A stretch of DNA of 64,000 bases. Origin: a virus. Under the pieces are notes generated by a model. That model had not been told where the DNA came from. It saw only the letters and a list, made by a program, of their open reading frames with translations, and searched no databases. Made by a program: the position numbers and the translations under genes. The DNA lies in the IMG/VR virus record IMGVR_UViG_3300010157_000047, positions 1 through 64,000 of that record. One strand, written 5' to 3'. Below are positions 10,440 to 19,010 of the stretch, in pieces (the first letter of the stretch is position 1; each line of letters begins with the position of its first letter).

Positions 10440-11000
10440 TTAATCCTCATCCTCAAATAAAGCCTTCTCTTGTGATCCCCTATGTTTATCTCCAGAATCC
10501 TTTTCCCTTAATACCTTCTCCTCCAATGAGTTAAGTGTATCCAGCATTTTAGGTACATCCCTAACAAATGCTTGTATTTTAGATATGTCATATTTAGGTT
10601 TGTCGCCAATCATTTCATCTAAATGAAGAGCTGCATTTTTTGCCCATTTAGACATATTATCAACAACAGATCTAGAGTCTTCTAACATCCTAGATGTTAT
10701 AGTAGTAGATAAGCTTTTATATTTATCTATTCCTGATTGGACGATATTGTCGACCTTCCAGTTTTTCTGAAGCCCATTAAGTGAATTAATAATTTCAAGA
10801 GCTCTTTCCTCTTCGTCGATGATTTGCACAAAATCAGAACTATAGTCGCAAAAAAACCATATATATGCAAGCTCCGATATAGCCACAACCTTTCCTTTCG
10901 ATTTATCACGTGCAATAATTTTATTAAATTCTTTTATTGTTAAAATTTCTGGATCAAAGTCTAACTCAAATGAGTCTCTATCCATCTGAAATAATCTCAT
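10440..11000 (-). CDS. Conserved crAss-like protein upstream of TerL (possible small terminase)
   Basis: 186 aa helical ORF (RDKSKGK..AISELAYIWF) abutting terL; function from position only. Confidence 0.55.
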   Translation of the reverse strand: MRLFQMDRDSFELDFDPEILTIKEFNKIIARDKSKGKVVAISELAYIWFFCDYSSDFVQIIDEEERALEIINSLNGLQKNWKVDNIVQSGIDKYKSLSTTITSRMLEDSRSVVDNMSKWAKNAALHLDEMIGDKPKYDISKIQAFVRDVPKMLDTLNSLEEKVLREKDSGDKHRGSQEKALFEDED

Positions 11001-11011
11001 AACATAAAGTA

Positions 11012-11039
11012 TTAAAGGGAACTGCTTTTGCAGTCCCCC
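11012..11039 (-). terminator. Intrinsic terminator-like hairpin
   Basis: Minus strand GGGGACUGC-AAAA-GCAGUUCCC followed by UUUAAU, just after the GroES-like stop. Confidence 0.65.
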
Positions 11040-11046
11040 ATTCTAA

Positions 11047-11415
11047 TTACTTACCAATACTATCTTTAGGCCACCAATATTCAACATCACCTTGATCTAT
11101 CTCAAGATAATCTTCGCCATTGAATGTTACTACTGGAATAAAGAACTCCATATCAGTAGAGCTAAACTCATTACCATCTTTCAATGATTTCTTCTCTTTG
11201 GGCTTCCAGAATCTACCGTAGTTAATTTTAATCCAATCACCTTCCCCAAACGTATTCTGAACATACGGACCAACTTTAACAATACGCTGGATATCACTTA
11301 GTTCTGATTGACCTGGAAGTATTAGACTTGATACTACTGGATGCTTTAGCGTTGTCGCTAGCACTAGTCCCTTCGTCATGTTGGGGACTATTTTGACCAA
11401 TTGCTTTTCGTGCAT
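11047..11415 (-). CDS. GroES/Cpn10-like co-chaperonin
   Basis: SSLILPG (mobile loop), RIVKVGP, GEGDWIKI, FNGEDYLEIDQGDV follow the GroES pattern; start re-set to the ATG at 11415. Confidence 0.65.
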   Translation of the reverse strand: MHEKQLVKIVPNMTKGLVLATTLKHPVVSSLILPGQSELSDIQRIVKVGPYVQNTFGEGDWIKINYGRFWKPKEKKSLKDGNEFSSTDMEFFIPVVTFNGEDYLEIDQGDVEYWWPKDSIGK

Positions 11416-11641
11416 AAAAAATTCTATTAGGTGTTGTATATAATTTAAATATCCTAGGCATGTTAAAATTAGTTTTTGCAAGCCTAAGTTCCTCTTCAGT
11501 TGTAAGATCATCAAAGTTTAATGCCTCTATAGTAGTGCGAATGAACTTAAATATATCTGCATATGCAAGTTCAGCAGTCTTAAAATCTACATCATTCTTT
11601 TCTGCTGCAGAAGCAATTATCCTTGCCATAACCTTATCCAT
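11294..11641 (-). CDS. IHF/HU-like DNA-binding protein
   Basis: IIASAAEKNDVDFKTAELAYADIFKFIRTTI...FNMPRIFKL resembles the HU/IHF helices and beta arm. Confidence 0.6.
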   Translation of the reverse strand: MDKVMARIIASAAEKNDVDFKTAELAYADIFKFIRTTIEALNFDDLTTEEELRLAKTNFNMPRIFKLYTTPNRIFYARKAIGQNSPQHDEGTSASDNAKASSSIKSNTSRSIRTK

Positions 11642-12014
11642 TGCTAATCACAAAGTTATATATTAACTTGAAATTATCAGCTCCCTCCTCAACATTAGGT
11701 ATTAATTTAGGATTAATCTTATTATCAAGTATTACTCCTTTTGTCCTCATGCTTGTTAGATAGTTTTGAAATGTCCCCATTTTATGGCCAAGATCTATCA
11801 TAATCTCCTTTCTAGTTTCAGTGGAAAATAATAGACGATCAACAACATTTTCACTTTTAATGTTTGATAAATATAAATGTCTTTTTTTTAAAAATGACAA
11901 TAATATATTTGCCTCTGCGTCAGTAAGTTTATGTAGAGGCTGCGTAAGGGCTACCCAATGATTGAATAGCCCATCCACATTAGTTCTTATGTTCGCAACA
12001 TTTGCATTTTTCAT
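11634..12014 (-). CDS. Winged-helix DNA-binding protein (RepL-like)
   Basis: LTDAEANIL...RKEIMIDLG...FQNYLTSMRTKGVI wHTH pattern. Confidence 0.55.
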   Translation of the reverse strand: MKNANVANIRTNVDGLFNHWVALTQPLHKLTDAEANILLSFLKKRHLYLSNIKSENVVDRLLFSTETRKEIMIDLGHKMGTFQNYLTSMRTKGVILDNKINPKLIPNVEEGADNFKLIYNFVISNG

Positions 12015-12249
12015 ACGGAATTTCTAGTCCTGTTAAATGATCTACACCATACTTTTGCCTATAAGATTCAGTCCATAGGTCTATATTTGTTTTCCCAATT
12101 GAAGCACTTCCACATTCATGACAGTATGATCCCATGCCATCTTCTGGTATTATATGTAGGCTTAAGCATGACTTACAGTAATATACTGGCTCATCATTAA
12201 ACTCCTCCTTGCTAGTGCCACTATAATGTTCAATTTTAAATTTACTCAT
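11980..12249 (-). CDS. Zinc-finger protein
   Basis: EPVYYCKSCLS...YCHECGS. Confidence 0.65.
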   Translation of the reverse strand: MSKFKIEHYSGTSKEEFNDEPVYYCKSCLSLHIIPEDGMGSYCHECGSASIGKTNIDLWTESYRQKYGVDHLTGLEIPYEKCKCCEHKN

Positions 12250-12436
12250 CTTCTATATTCTTTAATGTTTCAGTGAGTATTTCCCTTAGCATTCTATTAG
12301 CATCACTTACAGTATGGTTTACCGACTTTACATTAGCCTCAGTCAGTAGACCTCCCTCAATACTTAATAGCTGATATGAACTATCAAGGGCTAATTTAAT
12401 AGCATCTAGAGATCTGTATAGATTCTTAGTATTCAT
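12242..12436 (-). CDS. Hypothetical protein
   Basis: 64-aa ORF, translationally coupled. Confidence 0.55.
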   Translation of the reverse strand: MNTKNLYRSLDAIKLALDSSYQLLSIEGGLLTEANVKSVNHTVSDANRMLREILTETLKNIEDE

Positions 12437-12759
12437 TATACAATGATTGTTGTTGGTTCATCATTATAATCATCTTCTTCAAATACTGGGATATCAATAC
12501 TTAACAAACCGTTTGATTTCCTATAAGTAAAATTTCTAAAATCTAATACTTCAGACCTTAATTTAAATGAAGACTTTCCAATGTATTTAGAATCAGTATT
12601 TACAGATACACAGATCTCCTCATCCATAGTAGTAATAGATATATCACCATCATTAAGTCCAGTGGTAAGTAAGTCAAGACTAACATATCCATCAACTACC
12701 TCCATTCTTGCGATCTTTGGTTCTCCGCTGATCAAACTAACTTTAACAATTTCATTCAT
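12436..12759 (-). CDS. Divergent Hsp20/alpha-crystallin domain protein
   Basis: LTTGLNDGDISIT...ICVS...FKL...LD...RKSNGLLSIDIP matches the Hsp20 pattern (PG..KEDI.V / NGVL.I.IP). Confidence 0.6.
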   Translation of the reverse strand: MNEIVKVSLISGEPKIARMEVVDGYVSLDLLTTGLNDGDISITTMDEEICVSVNTDSKYIGKSSFKLRSEVLDFRNFTYRKSNGLLSIDIPVFEEDDYNDEPTTIIV

Positions 12760-12762
12760 ATC

Positions 12763-12960
12763 TTAGTTATAATTTTCGTAAATATTTGTATTTAAACAGC
12801 AATTTTTATATTTAATATTACTACCACATGGACATAAGCTATTCCTTCCAGTAGTAAATTCTTTTTTCATAGGCTTGATTTGTGGTGGGATATAAATGCT
12901 AACATTAGAAGAGCCTAAATTAGCATCCCTTAATATACCCTTCCTAGTGCGCCTATTCAT
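12763..12960 (-). CDS. SEC-C motif protein
   Basis: [18 protein letters not shown] = SecA C-terminal Zn motif (GRNDPCPCGSGKKYKxCC). Confidence 0.8.
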   Translation of the reverse strand: MNRRTRKGILRDANLGSSNVSIYIPPQIKPMKKEFTTGRNSLCPCGSNIKYKNCCLNTNIYENYN

Positions 12961-13135
12961 GCATTAACTGCTTATAGATTAGCTTCCCATCATCACCATT
13001 AAAGGTAAACTGCTCCTTGCTATCCATTATAATAGTCAATAGACTTTTCTCCCTGCTCCACTTAACCTCTTGGATATGTTTATCAAAATAATTTCGATTT
13101 AAATCTTTTAAAATAATCTTAACCGACTGTGTCAT
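12953..13135 (-). CDS. Hypothetical protein
   Basis: 60-aa coupled ORF. Confidence 0.5.
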   Translation of the reverse strand: MTQSVKIILKDLNRNYFDKHIQEVKWSREKSLLTIIMDSKEQFTFNGDDGKLIYKQLMHE

Positions 13136-13361
13136 ATATTTCTACTTTTAAATATTGATCAATACATTCAAATCCTATCCTATGCAATAACGATTTAATA
13201 GCTCCAGTAGTATTTGCCCTAACGCATAAGTACTCTTCTGATTCTGGAATACATAATACAATAACATATATAATATCATTATCAGCCCTATCCATCAATA
13301 CATCGCCAGGACATACAGACTCAACATCAAATGCTCTATTGTACTTAATCTTTATTGTCAT
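13119..13361 (-). CDS. Hypothetical protein
   Basis: 80-aa coupled ORF. Confidence 0.5.
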   Translation of the reverse strand: MTIKIKYNRAFDVESVCPGDVLMDRADNDIIYVIVLCIPESEEYLCVRANTTGAIKSLLHRIGFECIDQYLKVEIYDTVG

Positions 13362-14311
13362 CTTGCTACACTTATTAAAATATTCTTACGTTCATCTGGT
13401 TTAACATCACTATTCCTAGATCGACTAACAGCCCCACATTTACAACTATAAGTCTTATATCTACCAGCAGGGGTATAATAATAATTACCATCTTCATGCA
13501 AATGACTAGAACCACAATTAGGACATATCATCTTATTACCATCACCATACAACCCAAGATTAACATGCCCCTTAGCCCAAGGTCTTAGCTTTAAATAAAC
13601 TTCCTCCAGCACAACAACATCATGCTTATTATATTCCTCCATCTTATCCAAAGACTCCTGATTACCCTTCATACAACCAGTCCATAACTTAAACTCAGTT
13701 CCAAGCTTACCAGGAATCTCAAACACCCTAGCCAATGCCTCAAGCTTATTACTACTAAAGCCAAACTGTTTCCTGGCTATCTGCAATGTGTCAACCTGCT
13801 GATAAGGACTAGGTGGATTAAAACCCCAACGTATAGCCCTAGCATTAACCTTAACAACATCAAAGGAAATACCATTATGTGCTATAACAATATCAGCCTT
13901 ATCTAACAGCCTAAGAAGACTTTCCACAATCCTCTTATCATTTTCTTCAGCTACTTCCTCTGGAGTAATCTTATCAGACATAACATCCACAGAATATAAC
14001 CACTTAGCACTCCATGTTAACATAAACCAATTCGATATAATCTGATCTAAACTAACATTTTGTTTCCATAAGCCCCACGTGTAACTTGCTATAGGAGCTG
14101 TTTCAATATCAAATAATAAAATATTGGGAACCTTAACATGATGATCATCATCAACTTCATGCTGTGCCAATATTGACCTAGCTTTCATCCTAGCTTCTAT
14201 GACATCAACCCTTGAACAATCAAACCATCTGCTAACTTTGCCAGCACCCATCTCAATGATGTACGGCTTCGAAACCATTTTACCTACTAAATACTCTACT
14301 TTTTTAGACAT
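13358..14311 (-). CDS. DnaQ/DEDDy 3'-5' exonuclease-like protein with C-terminal Zn ribbon
   Basis: LLFDIET, AHNGISFD, VDTL, YNKHDV; CPNCGS...CKCG. Confidence 0.85.
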   Translation of the reverse strand: MSKKVEYLVGKMVSKPYIIEMGAGKVSRWFDCSRVDVIEARMKARSILAQHEVDDDHHVKVPNILLFDIETAPIASYTWGLWKQNVSLDQIISNWFMLTWSAKWLYSVDVMSDKITPEEVAEENDKRIVESLLRLLDKADIVIAHNGISFDVVKVNARAIRWGFNPPSPYQQVDTLQIARKQFGFSSNKLEALARVFEIPGKLGTEFKLWTGCMKGNQESLDKMEEYNKHDVVVLEEVYLKLRPWAKGHVNLGLYGDGNKMICPNCGSSHLHEDGNYYYTPAGRYKTYSCKCGAVSRSRNSDVKPDERKNILISVAR

Positions 14312-14336
14312 CTTTAATATTTAAATTTCTACACAT

Positions 14337-14368
14337 CAAACATACAACATATTAATTTTAATATGCAA
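14337..14368 (-). promoter_or_regulatory. Bacteroidota sigma70-type promoter
   Basis: Minus strand TTG-N21-TATGTTTG upstream of the exonuclease. Confidence 0.6.
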
Positions 14369-14384
14369 TACTCCAATGTTATGA

Positions 14385-14693
14385 TTAAGTTAACAAATCA
14401 AGATTCTTTAATAGATCACCATTTAATGAAACTAAATATAATCCAGCATTAGCCTTTTCAACAAGCAGATCACCACTTTCACTGAGCTTATCTAATATTA
14501 ACAATACATCTTGCGGCCTAGTCTTCAGTTTAATACTCTCCTTTTCAATATACAACGTATATCTCTCATTCCTACGACTATTGAAATGATGAATCCTAAC
14601 CAACAACAATACTAACCATAAAGGAATATCCTCCTTAAACAAAACTAATGCCCCCTCAGTAACAACAGCATATGGAACAGATTGATTATTCAT
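14385..14693 (-). CDS. Hypothetical protein, possible HTH
   Basis: 102-aa ORF; DVLLILDKLSESGDLLV. Confidence 0.45.
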   Translation of the reverse strand: MNNQSVPYAVVTEGALVLFKEDIPLWLVLLLVRIHHFNSRRNERYTLYIEKESIKLKTRPQDVLLILDKLSESGDLLVEKANAGLYLVSLNGDLLKNLDLLT

Positions 14694-14917
14694 AACTTAT
14701 TTATATTAGATTTATTACTATTCTTCCAACTTTTATTATCTTTCTTAATACCCCTTAAACACCTCTTTACATTGTCACTGAAAACAGTGCCATTCTTTTC
14801 CATAAACCATAGATACCCAACATCCTTTGCCATAACAGAACATACCTTCTCCCCAGCATACTTCCCAGAAGAAAATGTATCACCAAAACCCAAGCATCTT
14901 AACGTACTAAAAATCAT
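14690..14917 (-). CDS. Small protein resembling the exonuclease X C-terminal (GKYxG...DxGYL.W) domain
   Basis: FSSGKYAGEKVCSVMAKDVGYLWFM; ATG at 14917 preferred because the TTG start overlaps the promoter box. Confidence 0.5.
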   Translation of the reverse strand: MIFSTLRCLGFGDTFSSGKYAGEKVCSVMAKDVGYLWFMEKNGTVFSDNVKRCLRGIKKDNKSWKNSNKSNINKL

Positions 14918-14929
14918 AATAGTTTTTTG

Positions 14930-14937
14930 CAAATATA
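14930..14937 (-). promoter_or_regulatory. -7 box starting the leftward block
   Basis: TATATTTG on minus strand. Confidence 0.55.
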
Positions 14938-15082
14938 CATATAAAAAGATAAACAGATACCCCCACTAAATAAACGTGCAAATAAGACCCCCCCCCAATC
15001 AATATACAGCATATATATCTATGGGTGGAGCATCTTGTCCAGACACCCATATGGTTTGGGGAAAGTACCTTGTATCCCTCAC

Positions 15083-15090
15083 TACTTTTG
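15083..15090 (+). promoter_or_regulatory. -7 box starting the rightward block
   Basis: TACTTTTG about 46 nt before the ATG at 15137. Confidence 0.45.
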
Positions 15091-15136
15091 TAGTGTATAA
15101 AGGTTTTTTCAAATAAACAATTTAAATTAAAAGAAA

Positions 15137-15514
15137 ATGCCAAAAGTTAAAAGCGTTAAGGTTAGCTTGAACGAGAATCTGTTGTTCAGCGTATTAGATG
15201 CCAAATTAAAACAGTATGGTCAACTCGCACAAGGCAAGTATGACAAGGTTAAATTACTATGGATTGTTAATATTAACGATCCCTCAACGTTTTTAGACGT
15301 TGAGGAAAAAACAACAAACGACGGTACAAGAGAATTTTTCGTGTTGAAATTTAAAGACCCAAACGATCCAAAAATTGAGAGGAATTTAATAATCGCTGGA
15401 GATGAATCAGCAGAGACTTTCGAATTGTGGGATTGCGTCAGTAATGTAGATTTTGAGGTGAACGGGCGAACAATAAAAAAGGGGACTAAAAAGGTTCGCT
15501 GTTATGCTATTTAA
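15137..15514 (+). CDS. Hypothetical protein, first gene of the plus-strand block
   Basis: 125-aa ORF, A-rich leader, followed by its own terminator. Confidence 0.7.
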   Translation: MPKVKSVKVSLNENLLFSVLDAKLKQYGQLAQGKYDKVKLLWIVNINDPSTFLDVEEKTTNDGTREFFVLKFKDPNDPKIERNLIIAGDESAETFELWDCVSNVDFEVNGRTIKKGTKKVRCYAI

Positions 15515-15550
15515 ATAAATAGTAGGTAGAAATACCTACTATTTATTTTT
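15513..15550 (+). terminator. Intrinsic terminator
   Basis: Perfect 16-bp stem aaataaatagtaggta-GAAA-tacctactatttattt followed by T tracts. Confidence 0.8.
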
Positions 15551-15567
15551 ACTATTTTTTTGTAATG

Positions 15568-15611
15568 TCTTATTGGGCATCTGTATCGTAATGCATCTTA
15601 TTGGGCATCTG
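15568..15611. repeat. 16-bp direct repeat
   Basis: tcttattgggcatctg at 15568-15583 and 15596-15611, both preceded by gtaatg. Confidence 0.85.
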
Positions 15612-15663
15612 CATGATTATTTAATGGAAAGGATATTGAGAGATAACCTTTTTTATATATATT

Positions 15664-15948
15664 ATGTCTAGATGTTTTAGTTGTATTACAGTGCACACGA
15701 TTGAGAATGGAGTAGCAAGATTATCTCAAAATCACTATGATCTAAGGATTGATGATGCTGATGAGCAATATCAAATGAATAATGAACGTAGAGAATTAGA
15801 GATACCCGTCAGAGGTGATGAAACAAGAAAGTCATTATTCACAAGATTGAATAAAGATGAAACATTCATTATCGGCATGTATGGAAATCTTGAAAAAGCC
15901 GCTCGTCAACGTCGTGTAATTGATCAAGCAATTGTTGATGCAGATTGA
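15664..15948 (+). CDS. Hypothetical early protein
   Basis: 94-aa ORF. Confidence 0.6.
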   Translation: MSRCFSCITVHTIENGVARLSQNHYDLRIDDADEQYQMNNERRELEIPVRGDETRKSLFTRLNKDETFIIGMYGNLEKAARQRRVIDQAIVDAD

Positions 15949-16364
15949 TCCCAAACTGTGGAAATCAAAACTTGCGCTATTATGTAAATAATTAGTGCAA
16001 TCTGTTAAAGTCAGACCCATAATGTATTGATAATGAGTGAGTGAGGAAGGGTGATAGCTTCTTCACCCACCATTTCGATGTAGATTTAAATGATTAAAAA
16101 ATTTAATTCTTTAATATATAACTAAAAGTAATAAACATATGAAATTGTTTAGATTATATTACTATGATCTAGAGGACAACGATGGTTGCTGCATAATATA
16201 ACTGCCACACTGCAGTTATGAATATAGTGATTATTGTGATATTTAGACTATGCTGTCATCAAATTGAGGTAGTCGAAATTAATGCTTTACTAATATTTAA
16301 GTGTGTATAATTTAGCGAAGTGTTTTTATTTTTTAAATCAATTAACCCTTTAAATTTATTTATT

Positions 16365-16655
16365 ATGATTAATTATGAGAAAATTAGTAAAGTACTGGTA
16401 GTATTATTTTATATATCAGTAGGAATTTTAATAATTGTTAATCTCACATCATGTGAGTCAAAATCAAATATTAGATCAGGAATGCCAATGGAAAAAGTTA
16501 TAATATTAACTAATCCACAATTCACGTATGATGCTAGTGGGAATTTTAATAAGTATAAAGTTAAACGCATCAGTACATCTACAGTAACATATATTTCTCT
16601 ATCTGCTAGAGATGAGTATGTTATAAACGATACAATTCAGTATCGTTTCAACTAA
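16365..16655 (+). CDS. Putative lipoprotein
   Basis: MINYEKISK + hydrophobic stretch + lipobox LTS-C. Confidence 0.55.
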   Translation: MINYEKISKVLVVLFYISVGILIIVNLTSCESKSNIRSGMPMEKVIILTNPQFTYDASGNFNKYKVKRISTSTVTYISLSARDEYVINDTIQYRFN

Positions 16656-16777
16656 TAATTAATCCTGAAAGATGCAATTGCATTTAGTAGGGATAATTAC
16701 CATTATGGGAACATTTATATTAATATGCATAACATTTATTGCTATTGTATATATTTTTTATTTAATAAAAATGATTT

Positions 16778-16945
16778 ATGATGAAAAAATATGAGGCTGA
16801 ACAAATTAAATTAGAATTAGAGCGAATTCTAAAAAACATAAATAAGACCGAAGAAGATTTTAATGATAAAATGGATAACCTAGACATTCAATCATTATTA
16901 TTAGATCAAGAAGTCTTGTCGCCATGGAAGGATGGTGAATTATGA
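16778..16945 (+). CDS. Small hypothetical protein (not in ORF track)
   Basis: MMKKYEAEQIKLELERIL...SPWKDGEL, 55 aa, ATGA overlap with next gene. Confidence 0.5.
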   Translation: MMKKYEAEQIKLELERILKNINKTEEDFNDKMDNLDIQSLLLDQEVLSPWKDGEL

Positions 16946-17184
16946 TAGATTATATTATGAATTATCTATCATTAACATATATATATTTGATAGGATTTTT
17001 TGTAGTCCCACCGATTATAATACTAATAAACATATTAATACCTGATAGTATTATTAAAAATGTTGAAAATCATACCGATATATGGATGATATGCGTATTT
17101 ATAAGTTTTTGTTGGCCATTTGCTGTAATATTTACATTTTGGTCATTATTAGATTATTATTATTTTAAATTTAAAAACAAATAA
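16942..17184 (+). CDS. Small membrane protein
   Basis: Two hydrophobic segments, ..CWPF.. Confidence 0.55.
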   Translation: MIDYIMNYLSLTYIYLIGFFVVPPIIILINILIPDSIIKNVENHTDIWMICVFISFCWPFAVIFTFWSLLDYYYFKFKNK

Positions 17185-17189
17185 CCATT

Positions 17190-17618
17190 ATGAACACACG
17201 AAAATTATTAACAGAAGAGAATTTTAATGAAGCATTAAGATCGACTTTAGTAAAATTCAAATCGTATGATATGAAATTTAAATACGATGATTTTATAAAG
17301 CTATGCGCATTCAATAAGCTTCCTTATGCATCATTGATATTAAAATCTCTTTTAAAAAATGGAATTGTTAAAGTTCTAAAACAATCCTTAACATTAGAAG
17401 TAGTTAGGATTAATGAGGAATATCCTTTAATATATGAAGATTGTAAAAAGAAATATGAGAGAAATTCTTTTTACAATAAAAACTATAAAAAAGAAAGCAT
17501 TACTAAAAGTAAGCCAATAGGCGACATCGATGAAATACTAAAGGCCATTAAATTATTAAGAGACAATGGTTATAAGGGTCAATTAACAAGAACAATACTT
17601 ACATCTATAAATTTATAA
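17190..17618 (+). CDS. Hypothetical protein
   Basis: 142 aa; C-terminal AIKLLRDNGYKG. Confidence 0.6.
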   Translation: MNTRKLLTEENFNEALRSTLVKFKSYDMKFKYDDFIKLCAFNKLPYASLILKSLLKNGIVKVLKQSLTLEVVRINEEYPLIYEDCKKKYERNSFYNKNYKKESITKSKPIGDIDEILKAIKLLRDNGYKGQLTRTILTSINL

Positions 17619-17622
17619 TGTT

Positions 17623-17925
17623 ATGAGTGATGCATTATATAGATTGTTATGGTTTTGCGTTTATGCAATATCAGTTGTAATAATATTCTGCATTGCATGT
17701 ATATGGGGTATTATTGAAACAAGTCACAAATATGCTTTTATTATGATGGATAAAGATAGGTATCATCAATTATTAATGAGATTCTTAGGAGCTTTATTAA
17801 TATTGCTGGGTTTTTCTGTTATGCAATATAATGAGGATGTATTAAAACATTTATGGGTAACAATAGTATTTATACTTATTGGCTCAGGGATGGTTTATAT
17901 ATCCTATATGGATACTGAAGATTAA
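17623..17925 (+). CDS. Small membrane protein
   Basis: Three hydrophobic segments. Confidence 0.55.
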   Translation: MSDALYRLLWFCVYAISVVIIFCIACIWGIIETSHKYAFIMMDKDRYHQLLMRFLGALLILLGFSVMQYNEDVLKHLWVTIVFILIGSGMVYISYMDTED

Positions 17926-17928
17926 CTA

Positions 17929-17998
17929 GGGGTAGTTGAATCTAGATGAGGGAGGAATTTGTACATAGTATTAAAACCCCCTCCTCTTAGGTTCCCCC
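17929..17998. other. Long GC-rich intergenic stem-loop
   Basis: gggg..gaatctag..gagggagg pairs with ccctcctc-ttaggttc-cccc. Confidence 0.55.
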
Positions 17999-18126
17999 AA
18001 ATAATGAAAATTTTATCTGATCCAACAATCTTGGGAGATTGAAGTGTAGTCTCGTCGTTAGACATTGACAATGCAAATGTAATACATTATTATTAATAAT
18101 ACAAATGTTTATTAAATGGACCTATT

Positions 18127-18609
18127 ATGGCTATAAATAAAATTAACACAACTGAACTATATAACATAGCTGAAGAAGTAATAAATAAAGAATATAAAAA
18201 CACTGAAGATGAAATAAAAGATTTATTAATTGAGATTTGGGTAGCAGGTACTAATTTATTAAAAGATACAAGTATGAAATTAACAGGTTTATCTTTTAAG
18301 GCAAAAATTAATGGAATATCAGTATTTGGTAAAATCAATGAACAAGAAAAAAATAAAATATTTTTATGTCAAGATCAACTATCAGGATCAAGTGCAAATG
18401 ATAAATTAGGATATAAATATTCATGGGTAGTAGATAATATTGATCAATCAAGCCTTCATAATGCAGGAATATTAGATTTTGAAATAATAGGTGATGAAAA
18501 TAACTTAGAATTAAGATTTGAAAACATAAAAAATAAGTTTAATATTAATCAAGAAAATGAACAAATGTTTATGAATGTATTTATAATGGGTAATAATTAT
18601 AATAATTAA
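18127..18609 (+). CDS. Hypothetical phage protein
   Basis: 160 aa; FLCQD..G....DKLGYKYSW motif. Confidence 0.6.
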   Translation: MAINKINTTELYNIAEEVINKEYKNTEDEIKDLLIEIWVAGTNLLKDTSMKLTGLSFKAKINGISVFGKINEQEKNKIFLCQDQLSGSSANDKLGYKYSWVVDNIDQSSLHNAGILDFEIIGDENNLELRFENIKNKFNINQENEQMFMNVFIMGNNYNN

Positions 18610-18725
18610 AATTATGGAATATACAAAAATTGCAAGCGTTAAAGGATTAGTATTAAAGCAGACTAAAAATGGTATTAGATCTGCGCAAATATATAAATGT
18701 AAAAAACAATTAAATAATAAAAATT

Positions 18726-19010
18726 ATGATTTCACCGTTAGATAAGAAATTATTAAATTGTATAAAAGAAATATTATACACAAAAGTTTCATTAGTTAAA
18801 ACTGGGAAATGTGGCTTTGATAATCAATTTATGGGATTAATTGGATTTGCAGGCTTTCCTACTTATCCAGATACTGTAGTCGATGAATTAGATTACTTTG
18901 AAAGAAAGGGCTGGATAAAGCAAGTTAAAATGGAAAAAAGGGATCATTATGTAGGCGGATCAACTCATTATGTTTTGACTTATGAGGGACAACATTTGTT
19001 AGATGATTAA
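18726..19010 (+). CDS. Hypothetical protein, possible wHTH
   Basis: ELDYFERKGWI...YVLTYEG. Confidence 0.5.
   Translation: MISPLDKKLLNCIKEILYTKVSLVKTGKCGFDNQFMGLIGFAGFPTYPDTVVDELDYFERKGWIKQVKMEKRDHYVGGSTHYVLTYEGQHLLDD

Noticed and set aside
13358-14311. DNA polymerase gene
   Set aside because: Only the exonuclease domain and a Zn ribbon; no polymerase motifs nearby
15560-15615. CRISPR mini-array
   Set aside because: Only two 16-bp copies with a 12-nt spacer, too short; no cas genes
15950-18125. tRNA genes in early intergenic gaps
   Set aside because: No cloverleaf or T-loop GTTCRA signature found by eye
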